A stretch of DNA of 64,000 nucleotides, taken from positions 141,861 to 205,860 of the forward strand of contig CAZWIT010000001.1 of the NCBI GenBank assembly GCA_964633905.1. The letters run 5' to 3'. The translations under genes were made by a program, and so were the position numbers. This DNA comes from an uncultured Gammaproteobacteria bacterium (GTDB lineage: Bacteria > Patescibacteriota > Patescibacteriia > UBA1558 > GWA2-36-10). The notes below the pieces were generated by a model, which saw only the letters and a list, made by a program, of their open reading frames with translations, was not told the DNA's origin and did no database searches. Shown here piece after piece: positions 40,130-50,521 of this stretch; positions within the stretch are counted from its first letter, which is position 1, and the number at the start of each line of letters is the position of its first letter.

Positions 40130-40645
40130 ATGTATATATTAAAAAATAAAAAAGGTAATAATATTTTAGTAATATTAATTATTATAGCTTTATTAATCTT
40201 ATTTGTTTTGGGCTTTTATTTTTTTAGTAAAAATAAATCCGTTGATTTAGTGGCTAATAATCAGATTGCAACTAATATTAATTTTAAAACAAAAGATTTG
40301 GAACCGGGTTTGATTTTAGATCAAAAATCTTCAACTACTGCCGTTTATATTGATTATAGTCAAGAATTATATGAAGCATCAAAAAATAAGCGCAGAGTTT
40401 TATTTTTCTTTGCCAACTGGTGTCCAACTTGTCAAGCGGCTAATGCCGATTTTAATAATAATTTATCGCAATTACCATCGGATGTAGTTTTGTTAAAAAC
40501 TAATTATGACACAGAAAGCGTTCTTAAAGAAAAGTATACTATTACTTATCAACATACTTTTGTTCAGGTTGACGAGCAGGGTAATGAGATTAAAAAATGG
40601 AATGGCGGCGCTAGTCAAGAGCTTGTTCAGAATATTTTACCTTAA
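40130..40645 (+). CDS. membrane-anchored thioredoxin-like protein
   Basis: WCPTC active site. Confidence 0.65.
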   Translation: MYILKNKKGNNILVILIIIALLILFVLGFYFFSKNKSVDLVANNQIATNINFKTKDLEPGLILDQKSSTTAVYIDYSQELYEASKNKRRVLFFFANWCPTCQAANADFNNNLSQLPSDVVLLKTNYDTESVLKEKYTITYQHTFVQVDEQGNEIKKWNGGASQELVQNILP

Positions 40646-40650
40646 ATTTT

Positions 40651-42330
40651 ATGATCATTTTAATATTATTTGCCTTTTTAGGAGGCTTAGTTACTATTTT
40701 ATCTCCTTGCATTTTACCGATTCTGCCAATTATTTTGGCTGGATCTTTAACAGGTGGTAAGCGTAAACCTTATGGTATTATTTTAGGTTTTGTTTTTAGT
40801 TTTACTTTTTTTACTTTATTTTTATCTAGTTTGGTAAAACTATTTAATATTTCCGCTGATAATTTACGCTACTTGTCTATTGTGATTTTAATAATTTTTG
40901 CTTTAACATTATTAATACCTCAAATTCAATTATTTTTAGAAAAAATAATTAGTCGTTTTTCTTCGTTGTTAGGGAGTAGTAGTAAGCGGCAGGGTTTTAG
41001 TGGCGGTTTACTAATTGGTTTTAGTTTGGGTTTATTGTGGACGCCTTGTGTTGGTCCGATTTTAGCATCAGTAATAACTCTGGCTTTAACTGGTTCGGTT
41101 AGTGGTGGAGCATTTTTAATTACTTTAGCTTATTCTTTAGGTACGGCCTTACCGATGTTAGCGATTATGTACGGCGGTCGGAATTTACTTAATAAAGCGC
41201 CTGGTTTATTAAAAAATAGTGTAGCTATCCAAAAAGTTTTTGCTGTTATTATGATCATTACGGCAGTTTTGATTTATTTTAATCTTGATCGTAAATTCCA
41301 AGTTTATATTTTAGAAAAATTTCCCAGCTATGGTACTGGTCTTACTAGTTTAGAAAATAATAATTTAATTAAAAAACAATTAAATAAGCTTATGGCTAAT
41401 TCAGAAGATAGCCTAATTGGCAAAACAGCGCCAGCTTTGCAAGTTGGTGGTGTTTGGCTTAACTCACCAGCTTTGAATTTAGAGCAGCTTAAAGGGCATG
41501 TAGTTTTATTAGATTTTATGACTTATTCTTGTATCAATTGTATTCGGACCTTTCCGTACTTGGAGGCTTGGCATCAGGCTTATCAAGCTGATGGTTTGGT
41601 AATTATTGGCATTCATTCGCCGGAATTTGAGTTTGAAAAAAATCCTGACAATGTTAGGCAAGCTTTGAGTGATTTTGGTTTAAGTTTCCCAGTGATGCAA
41701 GATAATGATTTTAAAACTTGGCAAGCTTATAGTAATCAATATTGGCCTCATACTTTTTTGATAAATTATCAAGGACAAATAGTTTATGATCATATTGGTG
41801 AAGGTGCTTATGATGCTACTGAAGCCAAAATTCAAGACTTATTAAAAGAGCGTCAACTAGCCTTAGGTTTGTCTCAGGATTTAGATAAAGATGTTAGTAA
41901 AAATGTTGTAGTTGATACTAAAGGCTTGATTCAAAGTCCAGAAATATATTTTGGTTCTCGTCGTAATAGTCTTTTGGCTAACGGTAAACAGGGTTTTTCT
42001 GGTCAACAAACTTTGCTTAAGCCAGCTAAAATTAAAATTAATAATTTATATTTAGTTGGCACTTGGGATATCCAAAGTGAATATGCTCAAAACGTTGAAA
42101 AAGAGGCAAGTATTATTTTTAAATATAATGCTAGGCAGATTTTTATGGTTGCTGGAGCTGAAGGTGAGATTAGTGTGCGGATAAAGCAAGATGGTCAAGA
42201 TTTAGGAGTTATTAAAATTAATGAAGAAAAATTATATAATTTAGTAGATAATAATAAAGCGGGTGAGCATACTATTGAATTGATCCCAGAAAGTAGTGGT
42301 TTACAAATATTTACCTTTACTTTTGGTTAA
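40651..42330 (+). CDS. CcdA/DsbD-like membrane domain fused to TlpA/ResA-like thioredoxin domain
   Basis: 559 aa; N-terminal polytopic domain with conserved Cys pair, periplasmic CxxC (YSCINC). Confidence 0.7.
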   Translation: MIILILFAFLGGLVTILSPCILPILPIILAGSLTGGKRKPYGIILGFVFSFTFFTLFLSSLVKLFNISADNLRYLSIVILIIFALTLLIPQIQLFLEKIISRFSSLLGSSSKRQGFSGGLLIGFSLGLLWTPCVGPILASVITLALTGSVSGGAFLITLAYSLGTALPMLAIMYGGRNLLNKAPGLLKNSVAIQKVFAVIMIITAVLIYFNLDRKFQVYILEKFPSYGTGLTSLENNNLIKKQLNKLMANSEDSLIGKTAPALQVGGVWLNSPALNLEQLKGHVVLLDFMTYSCINCIRTFPYLEAWHQAYQADGLVIIGIHSPEFEFEKNPDNVRQALSDFGLSFPVMQDNDFKTWQAYSNQYWPHTFLINYQGQIVYDHIGEGAYDATEAKIQDLLKERQLALGLSQDLDKDVSKNVVVDTKGLIQSPEIYFGSRRNSLLANGKQGFSGQQTLLKPAKIKINNLYLVGTWDIQSEYAQNVEKEASIIFKYNARQIFMVAGAEGEISVRIKQDGQDLGVIKINEEKLYNLVDNNKAGEHTIELIPESSGLQIFTFTFG

Positions 42331-42419
42331 TTTATACTATTGACAAAAATATAAAAAAATAGTAATCTAGCTTGTTTTTGCTGCCAGATTTGGTCATTAG
42401 CCAGGGGAGGAGTGGCATT

Positions 42420-42650
42420 ATGTTCTCTCGTAGCCTAGAAGGCAAGACTGCTATTTTGTTAAGCGATATGACTACAATCAGTGGCGAAGTATTAGAAGAA
42501 GATTCACCTTTGATTTTAAGTGGTAATTATCAGATTTGTATTGATAAAAAAACTAGAAAAGCTTTTCTTCGTTTGGGCGCACGTCCCTTGTCAGCAACTC
42601 TAGATTCACAAGATATTTTGATTCATCAAAATGATTTGGAAATATTATAG
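42420..42650 (+). CDS. small hypothetical protein (76 aa)
   Basis: GGGGAGGAG SD 7 nt upstream of internal ATG; TTGACA at 42340; terminator follows. Confidence 0.45.
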   Translation: MFSRSLEGKTAILLSDMTTISGEVLEEDSPLILSGNYQICIDKKTRKAFLRLGARPLSATLDSQDILIHQNDLEIL

Positions 42651-42653
42651 ACT

Positions 42654-42700
42654 AGCAGTCTTTTGTAAAGACGCTCCTTGCGAGCGTCTTTTTCATTTTT
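42654..42700 (+). terminator. intrinsic terminator
   Basis: aagacgctccttgcgagcgtctt hairpin then TTTTCATTTTTTT. Confidence 0.5.
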
Positions 42701-42754
42701 TTAGTCAAAAAAGCTTTACAAAGAAAAAAAACTTTTGTATCATTAAGTGAGTTA

Positions 42755-44161
42755 ATGCTTATAATGAAATCGAAAAAAAATAAAGTAAAAAATGTTTTAC
42801 CTCAAACTATAAAAATTTCTTCGCTAGTTACAAGTAATGGTTTTAGGATTGGCTTTGGCAAAAATAAAAAATACGGTGTTAAATATCAGTCAAAAATATT
42901 TTCAAGTTTGAGTCCAGCTCAAGCTAAAATATTGGCTGATAATTTTGTTTATGCGCGTACACGCCAATTGACTTTTAGATTGGATAGTGGTTTGGCTTAT
43001 GATTTTTCTAAGCCACTAATGGCTGCTTTTACTGACTATGGTATTAATACTGATTTAGGTAAAATTGCTGATTTAAATAAGCTAAGCACTAAAGCTTTGC
43101 TAGCTGATTTTAAAAAGGCTAAGATTAGCTTTAATTTAGCTAAAAAATCAGCTTATTTGGCTCCGCTAAAAAGAAGTCAGTCTAATCAATTTATTTTGGC
43201 TATGTCTTTTGGTAAAGATAGTCTATTATCCTATGGTCTAGCTCGAGAATTGGGTCTAAATTTGCATTTGGTTTTTGTTAAAGAAATGGAAAATTTAAAT
43301 AGTGAAGAGGCTAGGCACAAAAATCAAATTATCAAAGAATTTACTAAACAAGAAAAATTAAAGCTTGATTATTTGTATGATAATGCTGACGAGATTTTTT
43401 TGGCTAAAGAATTAAGCAAAGATATTCACGAGTTTGATAATACTAATGGTATGCTGGCTTTTATGTTGGAGCTTTTGCCCTTGGCTTATTATCATCGGGC
43501 TAAATATGTAATTTTGGGCAATGAAGCTAATTTTATGGATAGCTTTATCAATCACGATGGTCATCGGGCTTATCCTTCCTTTGATCAATCTATTGTTTAC
43601 GCTAAAAAACACAATCAACATTTAGCCAGATTAACTAAAAATAATTTGCAGTCTGTCAGCTTAGTAGAACCGATTTATAATTTGGCAGAAATGCATCTTT
43701 TGTATCATTGTTATCCTGATCTATTAAAATTTGTTATGTCCTGTTCACCGGAAAAGCCCAATAGTGAACGTTGGTGTTATGATTGTCCAATGTGTGCTAA
43801 GGCCTTTTTGTATTCTTGGGCAGTAGGGGGTGATCCTAAACTGATAAAATTTAGTAAAGATTTTTTTGCTCAAGAATATCAAGGACTTTATCCTTTATTT
43901 GCTAAAAAAATTACTCGTGCTTATGAAAAACCCAAAGCAGTGCGTGATGAGCAATTACTGGCTTTTCTACTGGCTTATCAAAACGGCGCCCAAGGCTATT
44001 TGATTGATTTATTTGTACGTGATTATTTGTCAGAAGCTAAAAAAAGAGCCAAATCATTACGCGCTAAATTTTTTGGTATTCATCCTAGCACAACTATTCC
44101 TACAGAATTTAAAACTAAGTTATTAAATATTTACAAGCAAGAACTTAAAGGACTCTTATGA
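42755..44161 (+). CDS. PP-loop-like ATPase superfamily protein (SFGKDS variant of SGGxDS; C-terminal CxxCxxC), divergent
   Basis: 468 aa; motif MSFGKDSLLS; CYDCPMCAKAF near C-terminus as in QueC-like enzymes. Tentative. Confidence 0.4.
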   Translation: MLIMKSKKNKVKNVLPQTIKISSLVTSNGFRIGFGKNKKYGVKYQSKIFSSLSPAQAKILADNFVYARTRQLTFRLDSGLAYDFSKPLMAAFTDYGINTDLGKIADLNKLSTKALLADFKKAKISFNLAKKSAYLAPLKRSQSNQFILAMSFGKDSLLSYGLARELGLNLHLVFVKEMENLNSEEARHKNQIIKEFTKQEKLKLDYLYDNADEIFLAKELSKDIHEFDNTNGMLAFMLELLPLAYYHRAKYVILGNEANFMDSFINHDGHRAYPSFDQSIVYAKKHNQHLARLTKNNLQSVSLVEPIYNLAEMHLLYHCYPDLLKFVMSCSPEKPNSERWCYDCPMCAKAFLYSWAVGGDPKLIKFSKDFFAQEYQGLYPLFAKKITRAYEKPKAVRDEQLLAFLLAYQNGAQGYLIDLFVRDYLSEAKKRAKSLRAKFFGIHPSTTIPTEFKTKLLNIYKQELKGLL

Positions 44162-46578
44162 AAAACGGAAATGATTTTAGCAATAAGACTATCTTATTGG
44201 TTAATACTGGCTCGCTTAAAAAAAGATTTATTTTACAACGCCTAAAAAAATTAGGTTTAAAAATCGTTTGTTTAAACAGTGAAAAAAACTGGGCACAGGC
44301 CTATGTTGATCATTGGATTATTGCTGATAATACCAATTATCGCGAAGCTATTGCTGCTGTTAAAGATTTTATCAACTCTAATCCCGAAGTGCATATCGAC
44401 GGTGTTTTGACTTTTTGGGAAGACGATGTGTTGCTTACAGCTAAGATTGTTGATAAATTCAATTTTATTGGCACGCCCTATGGTATTGCCAAGCGGATTA
44501 GAAATAAATTTGCTTTTCGTGATTTTTGTCAAAACAATGGCTTACCTTCACCCAAACACGCTTTACTCAAGAGTTTGAGTGACGTTCAAAATTTGCCGGC
44601 AGATTTTACTTTTCCTTTGGTGATTAAACCAGCCTATGGTGCTTTGAGTGCTTATGTTATTAAAGTAGATAATAAAGAGGAATTAATTGATACCTATAAT
44701 TATGTTCGTAAAAATATTTCCGTAAAAATTGAAAGTGCCTTAACTGAAGGTTTGGATATTTTTGTAGAAGAATATATTGCTGGTGATGAAGTGGATGTGG
44801 ATATTGTTTTGCAAAACGGTAAGATTAAATTTCATTCTATTACCGATAATCATCAAACTAAAGAGCCTTTTTTTGTGGAAACTGGTGATTCTTTGCCATC
44901 TAGTCTTTCTACTAAAATTCAAGCTGATTTGCTGGCTTTAGCTGAGGAAACTTTAGAAAAATTAGGTGTGCAAAATGGCATTATTCATTTTGAGGCTAAA
45001 TCTACCAAAAATGGGCCAGTGCCGATTGAGGTTAATTTGCGTATGGGTGGTGATCAGGTGCATTCTTTTATCAAGACAGCTTGGGGGGTTGATTTAGTCG
45101 AGTGTGCTGTGCGCATTGCCTTAGGTGATCATTTGCCCAAGATTGAGCGTCCAGAAATACCAAAAAAATATATTACCGGTATTTACTTTTTATCTGATCA
45201 TTCTGGTGTTTTGTCAAAACTTGATATTGATCATGATATTTATAAAAAAGAATATCTAGAAGAAATTTATTTTTTCAAAAAAATTGGCGATGCTATTTTG
45301 GTGCCGCCCGAAGGTTATGAATTTTTAGGTTGGATTACGGTTTCTGGTTTTAGTATGCCGGATGCGCAAGAAAATTTAAGAGATGCTCTAAAGCATATTA
45401 ACTATGAGGTAGCTAAATTTGCCCCTGAGTCATCGATTGGTAAAACTTCTCGTAAAAATAGTTTTTCGCACGCCGCTTTGAATACTAGCTTGTTGATCCA
45501 TAGTGCTAAAATTGAAAAAATTAGGGTCTTAAAAAAAGAAGATCAGCGTAATTTACATGTTGGCATTGCCTGCAATATTTACGAAGGTGGCAGTAGCGTC
45601 GAACAGGATTTAATGTCGGTTGGTCGTAATATTGAAAAAACTTTAAAAGATCGTGGTTATCGGGTTACGTTTTTTAATTTTAATGAAATCGAAAAAGCTT
45701 TTAATGATTTAAAACATAGCGATGTTGATATTGTTTTTAATGTTTGTGAACGTATCAACGATTCTAGTTTATTAGAACCGCACGCGGCTGCTTTACTAGA
45801 TATTTTAGGTGTTCCTTATACTGGCTCTAATCCGCTGACTTTAGGTCTTTGTATTGATAAAATCAGAGTTAAAAAATTACTAGCTCATCATAATATTCCG
45901 ACTCCGCGTTGGGATTATGCCTATACTTTAGATGATGATATTGATGAAAGCTTAAAGTATCCTTTGATTGTCAAGCCAGCTAACACGGATAATTCTATTG
46001 GTATTGGCAATGATTCGGTGGTTACTAATCGGGAAGAGCTAAATCGTCAGCTTAAAAAAATTATTGATGATATTGGCAGTCCCGCTTTAATCGAAGAATT
46101 TATTGACGGTGATGAATATGATGTTTCTATTGTTGGCAGTGAAGAAGATGATTTGAAGGTTTTGCCATTATCACGTTCAGTTTTTAAAGATATGAAAGAA
46201 GGTAATTGGCATATTTATACTCATGAAATGAAATTCGGACCCAAACACGTTGAAGATTATGGTGTGGTAGTGCAAGCTCCGCCAAAAAATATTAGTAAGA
46301 AATTAGAAACTTTGATGACCGAAATTGCCTTGGATACTTATAATATTTTAGATTGTCATGATTATGGTCGAGTAGAGATTAGGGTTGATAAAGATGATAA
46401 TCCTTATGTTTTGGAACTTAATCCAAATCCATCTATTAATATTGGTGATTGCGTGCCAGACATGGCTGGCCTTACTGGTCTTGATTACGGTGATTTTTTG
46501 GAGAGCATTATTAGTATGGCTATTAGCCGTTATCGTAATCGTCCGCCTTACAATCATCTCAAAACTAATTCGATGTAA
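44158..46578 (+). CDS. fusion protein with two ATP-grasp ligase modules (L-amino-acid-ligase-like plus D-Ala-D-Ala-ligase-like)
   Basis: 806 aa; two copies of the ATP-grasp central/C-terminal motifs (VIKPAYGALS...E.N.R; IVKPANTDNSIGI...ELNPNP). Confidence 0.7.
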   Translation: MKNGNDFSNKTILLVNTGSLKKRFILQRLKKLGLKIVCLNSEKNWAQAYVDHWIIADNTNYREAIAAVKDFINSNPEVHIDGVLTFWEDDVLLTAKIVDKFNFIGTPYGIAKRIRNKFAFRDFCQNNGLPSPKHALLKSLSDVQNLPADFTFPLVIKPAYGALSAYVIKVDNKEELIDTYNYVRKNISVKIESALTEGLDIFVEEYIAGDEVDVDIVLQNGKIKFHSITDNHQTKEPFFVETGDSLPSSLSTKIQADLLALAEETLEKLGVQNGIIHFEAKSTKNGPVPIEVNLRMGGDQVHSFIKTAWGVDLVECAVRIALGDHLPKIERPEIPKKYITGIYFLSDHSGVLSKLDIDHDIYKKEYLEEIYFFKKIGDAILVPPEGYEFLGWITVSGFSMPDAQENLRDALKHINYEVAKFAPESSIGKTSRKNSFSHAALNTSLLIHSAKIEKIRVLKKEDQRNLHVGIACNIYEGGSSVEQDLMSVGRNIEKTLKDRGYRVTFFNFNEIEKAFNDLKHSDVDIVFNVCERINDSSLLEPHAAALLDILGVPYTGSNPLTLGLCIDKIRVKKLLAHHNIPTPRWDYAYTLDDDIDESLKYPLIVKPANTDNSIGIGNDSVVTNREELNRQLKKIIDDIGSPALIEEFIDGDEYDVSIVGSEEDDLKVLPLSRSVFKDMKEGNWHIYTHEMKFGPKHVEDYGVVVQAPPKNISKKLETLMTEIALDTYNILDCHDYGRVEIRVDKDDNPYVLELNPNPSINIGDCVPDMAGLTGLDYGDFLESIISMAISRYRNRPPYNHLKTNSM

Positions 46579-46583
46579 AATTT

Positions 46584-47921
46584 GTGATTACTAAAAATAG
46601 AGAATATCGAGTTGGCATTATGGCTAGCGGCATTGACGCTTTGTTTTTGGCTGACCATAATTTATCTAAAGATATAAAGCTTTTTTATTTAGTGCCTTAT
46701 GATATGTCTGAAGAGATTTGGGCGCGTCAATTTTTGCCTTTAAAAAACATTATTTTTTACCGTTTAAAAAATAAAAAAATATCAATGACCATGATTGACT
46801 TTGAAGGTATGGTTCATAATTCGGATATTGCCAGTCTGCTTAAGCAAAATAAAGTAGATTATCTACTAGTTGATCACGGCGTTGATAAGAGTTTGTATTT
46901 GTGGGCAAAAAAGCACAAAGTTAAATTAATTGCCACTGATTTTAAGTTAAGTGAAAAATTAGAGCATAAAATTTATTTTGATCAGTTTTTGAGTAAATAT
47001 AATTTACCAAAACCGGCTAGTCAGGTTATTAGCCCAGCTTCTCAGCTAGAGCTAAAAGGAAAATTAGTTTTACAGGATCCAGTTTCTTGTGGTGGCGACG
47101 GTACTTATTTTGTTGAAAATACCAGTGATATTAAAAAGTTATTGCTCAAGAAAAAAATCAAAGCCAGCCAAAAATATTTATTGCGTCAGTTTATCAAAGG
47201 TGAGACTTATGGTATTACGATTTTTATTACTCCTAGCCAGATTGCCTTGTCGGCTTTGCGAGTGCAGTGTTATGATGGTCTTAGTGATTTGGGGCAAAAG
47301 ATTTTTGCTGGCATTGAGTGGTTGCCGAGCAGATTATTTAAAACAAAATTACAAGCTAATCTTAATTCAGTTTTTTTAAGACTAGCTAAAGCTTTGGAGC
47401 AAAACAGTTTTTTTGGCTATGCTAATATTGATTTTATCGTTGATGATAAGAACCAAATTTATATTATCGAGTGTAATCCGCGTTTTGCCGCCTCTACTAC
47501 GCAGTTATTAAAATTTACTGAAACTATTGGCCATATTAAGACTGATAAAATTTTTGTGGAAGATTTTATCTTCAAGCCAAAAAATTCTAAGCAAAAGATT
47601 TCTTATTTCCCTCAATCTAATTTTCGTGGGTCTTTACTTTATATCCAGACAGCTTTAGATGTAAAAAAGTTTTTGGTTAAAAAAGAATATCCAGGTGGCG
47701 TTTATCGTTTGCAAAATAATAAAATAAAATTTATTACACCAGATGTAAGGCAGATTGGTTTAAAAGCCAAAGAATTTATTTTTTATTCTGATACTAGAAA
47801 GGGCGAATACCACGAGGCTAATACAGTTTTAGCATCGGTAGTTTCTAATTTTTCTTTATATAATAGCAAAGGTCAAGCTAATTCAGCTGCAAAAATTATT
47901 TTAAAGTATTTTAAGTATTAA
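46584..47921 (+). CDS. ATP-grasp domain protein
   Basis: 445 aa; IIECNPRFAAS motif typical of ATP-grasp C-terminal lobe. Confidence 0.55.
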   Translation: MITKNREYRVGIMASGIDALFLADHNLSKDIKLFYLVPYDMSEEIWARQFLPLKNIIFYRLKNKKISMTMIDFEGMVHNSDIASLLKQNKVDYLLVDHGVDKSLYLWAKKHKVKLIATDFKLSEKLEHKIYFDQFLSKYNLPKPASQVISPASQLELKGKLVLQDPVSCGGDGTYFVENTSDIKKLLLKKKIKASQKYLLRQFIKGETYGITIFITPSQIALSALRVQCYDGLSDLGQKIFAGIEWLPSRLFKTKLQANLNSVFLRLAKALEQNSFFGYANIDFIVDDKNQIYIIECNPRFAASTTQLLKFTETIGHIKTDKIFVEDFIFKPKNSKQKISYFPQSNFRGSLLYIQTALDVKKFLVKKEYPGGVYRLQNNKIKFITPDVRQIGLKAKEFIFYSDTRKGEYHEANTVLASVVSNFSLYNSKGQANSAAKIILKYFKY

Positions 47922-47931
47922 ATATTTTTTA

Positions 47932-49248
47932 ATGTCAAAAATTTCTGAAGCGCAAGCCAAAAAATTAGTTAATAAGTTTTTAAAAGAACGCACTCGGCAT
48001 CTACAGGGCGATTTAGCTAATGTCTTAGAAGATAATTTGCCAAAAAGAAAAGCTATTTTAGCTTTAGCTAAAAAACATCCTACTCCTTTTTACGCTTTTG
48101 ATAATAAGGCAGCCAGTAAGGCTATTCAAGAATTTAAAACAATTTTTACTAAAGTAATACCAAATTTAGAAATATATTATGCTGTCAAATCTAATCCTTG
48201 TTCTTATTTATTAGATATAGTAGTAAAAAATGGTTTAGGCCTTGATGTTTCTTCTGGTCGGGAGTTAAAACTGGCTTTAGAAGCAAAAGCTAAAAAAATG
48301 GTTTTTTCAGGACCAGGTAAAACTGAGTCAGAATTAAAATTAGCTCTTGCTAATACTGATAAGCTTATTATTCATTTAGATAGTTTTGGTGAGTTAAAGC
48401 GTTTGGGAGAATTACTAACTAATAGTAAAAAGACCATTAGAGCCGGTGTGCGTGTTTATACTAAATACCATGATGCTTGGACTAAGTTTGGTATTTCCCT
48501 GACAGAATTGCCAGAGTTTTTTAAATTAGCCAAAAAATATCCAAAGCTAGATTTAAGGGGTATTCAATGTCACATGAGTTGGAATCAAGGCCTTGAACCT
48601 TATGAAAAAATGTTGGCAGAAATTGCCAAAGCTATAAAAAATCTGTCTCCAGAGCAAAGACAGCAAATAAAATTTATTGATTTTGGGGGAGGCTACGAAG
48701 CTCATCGTTATGAAGGGCAGTTTCCTTGGGCGACAGCTCAGGGTGAAGTTTTAAAAACGGCAGCTGATTACTTTGGTAAGGATATTAATTTTAAAACTAG
48801 ATATTATTTAAATCAGGCGCCAAAATTATCAGTTTATGCTCAAGGCATAGCCCAAGCTATTAAAAAATATTTAGAGCCTTTAGTTGCTTGCCAGTATTTT
48901 TGTGAGCCAGGCAGAATTATTTCTTATCAAGCCATGCATTTGATTTTGGGAGTGGTTGATGTCAAAAAGCCAGGCATGGTTATTTTAGATGGTGGTAATA
49001 ATATGTTGGGTTATGAATTATTTGAAGAATACTATTATCCAACAATTAATTTAAGTCAGCCAGACAAAAAAGAAATTGCTTGCCGTTTATTTGGTTCTTT
49101 ATGTACGCCTTATGATTTATTTGGTTATTATTGTTATGCCAAGTCTATCAAAGAGGGTGATGTTATTATGATTCCTAATCAAGGTGCTTATACTTTTACT
49201 TTAGCGCAAAGTTTTATTAAAGGCATTCCACCGGTTTATCGTTTTTAA
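47932..49248 (+). CDS. PLP-dependent decarboxylase, Orn/DAP/Arg (fold III, alanine-racemase-like) family
   Basis: 438 aa; PLP-lysine motif YYAVKSN, GGG...E.GR motifs. Confidence 0.75.
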   Translation: MSKISEAQAKKLVNKFLKERTRHLQGDLANVLEDNLPKRKAILALAKKHPTPFYAFDNKAASKAIQEFKTIFTKVIPNLEIYYAVKSNPCSYLLDIVVKNGLGLDVSSGRELKLALEAKAKKMVFSGPGKTESELKLALANTDKLIIHLDSFGELKRLGELLTNSKKTIRAGVRVYTKYHDAWTKFGISLTELPEFFKLAKKYPKLDLRGIQCHMSWNQGLEPYEKMLAEIAKAIKNLSPEQRQQIKFIDFGGGYEAHRYEGQFPWATAQGEVLKTAADYFGKDINFKTRYYLNQAPKLSVYAQGIAQAIKKYLEPLVACQYFCEPGRIISYQAMHLILGVVDVKKPGMVILDGGNNMLGYELFEEYYYPTINLSQPDKKEIACRLFGSLCTPYDLFGYYCYAKSIKEGDVIMIPNQGAYTFTLAQSFIKGIPPVYRF

Positions 49249-49334
49249 TTAATTTTGCTTGCACCGTAAAATAAGTTGTGTAGTAATATTTTACGGTGTG
49301 GATAACTTAGGCTTGACCAAGCTAATAGATGTGA

Positions 49335-49547
49335 TATCATATATATGAAGACTAAGAGTCGAAATTGATTTGATAGGAAAAGTATGATCGTTGGCGAACG
49401 ATTTTCTGCAGCTTAAAGTTTAAGCAATAGAAATTCGTTCACCACGTTATCTCTTTTCCCCAATCAAACATATTTCTAAGACACTTAGTCTTCTTCCTTT
49501 TATATAAGTTTATTAAAAATCGCCACAATGGCGATTTTTTATTTTAG
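49335..49547 (+). ncRNA. candidate rod-shaped small RNA (long imperfect hairpin) ending in a bidirectional terminator
   Basis: TTGACC-N16-TATCAT at 49303-49330; 5' gaagactaagagtcgaaattgatttgatagg pairs imperfectly with 3' ccaatcaaac...cttagtcttc; terminator aaaaatcgccacaatggcgatttttt. Confidence 0.25.
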
Positions 49548-49835
49548 TTTAACAATTAAAACTCCTTGCCCGCCTTGGGCATATTTACCAGGGCTAATAT
49601 TTTTAACTAAAGGGTGATGTTTTAAATAATCAGTCAGTAGAGGCTTAATTATTGGTCCATGAGCAGAGTGTAAGCCTTGGCCAACGATAAAAGAAATTGT
49701 TTTTAGATTTTGCTCTAAACATTCAGTTATAAAATCTTCGCTTAGTTCTATAATTTGATCAGCACTTAAAGGGCCGCGATTATGAAAATCAAAGCTAGCT
49801 TGGGCTAAGTTTAAATGTTGGTATTTATTGGCCAT
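49539..49835 (-). CDS. Smr-domain protein
   Basis: 98 aa; FDFHNRG...FIVGQGLHS pattern of Smr (MutS2 C-terminal-like) domains. Confidence 0.6.
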   Translation of the reverse strand: MANKYQHLNLAQASFDFHNRGPLSADQIIELSEDFITECLEQNLKTISFIVGQGLHSAHGPIIKPLLTDYLKHHPLVKNISPGKYAQGGQGVLIVKLK

Positions 49836-49906
49836 ACATTGATCATAGCACTATCTTAAAAATAAAAAAATATTGTTATTATTGGTATGTTTGTTATAAT
49901 ATTGAT

Positions 49907-50416
49907 ATGAAAAAGAAATTGGTAATAGTTAATGATTCTTTTCAGAAAAACTACCGTTATTATTTGACTGAAAGTCCAGGTAAAAATTTTCAGGCAGATT
50001 TTAAACCAGAATTAACTCCTAAAGAAATGTTAGCTTTAGGTATTTTTGGTGGTAAATATTTAACTGATTGTCAAAAGGAGTTTCCTAAAAGCTGGTTTGT
50101 CAAAGCAAAATTAGCTAGTGATAAAAAAGACCCGCAGTTAAATTATTTTAAAGTAAATGCCAGCCAGTCTTTAGCTGAATGGCGTAAAAAAGGTTGGATC
50201 TACTCAGAGGATCCGCGCGGATGGTTTCAGTGGTATTGTCGTTATTATATGGGCAGGAGAATTCCAGGTGAAGATCAAAGGCAAATTAAGCGTTGGTTAA
50301 ATGTGCGCCGACATCTTTATCAAATCATTAGACATTGTAAAGCTGGCGATATTAAGTGTCGTCCCAGACAAAGACAAGCTTTGTTGCACTGGGCTTATGA
50401 CACTAGAAAACTCTAA
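49907..50416 (+). CDS. hypothetical protein (basic, W/R-rich C-terminal half)
   Basis: 169-aa ORF. Confidence 0.45.
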   Translation: MKKKLVIVNDSFQKNYRYYLTESPGKNFQADFKPELTPKEMLALGIFGGKYLTDCQKEFPKSWFVKAKLASDKKDPQLNYFKVNASQSLAEWRKKGWIYSEDPRGWFQWYCRYYMGRRIPGEDQRQIKRWLNVRRHLYQIIRHCKAGDIKCRPRQRQALLHWAYDTRKL

Positions 50417-50521
50417 AAATAAATAAGAAGTTTGTTTTTTAATAATAGCTTGCTTGACCAGTGGCTATTTTTTGTTAAACTTATTTTAGTGTTCTTTTCC
50501 TTATTCAAGGAGGTCTGCAAC

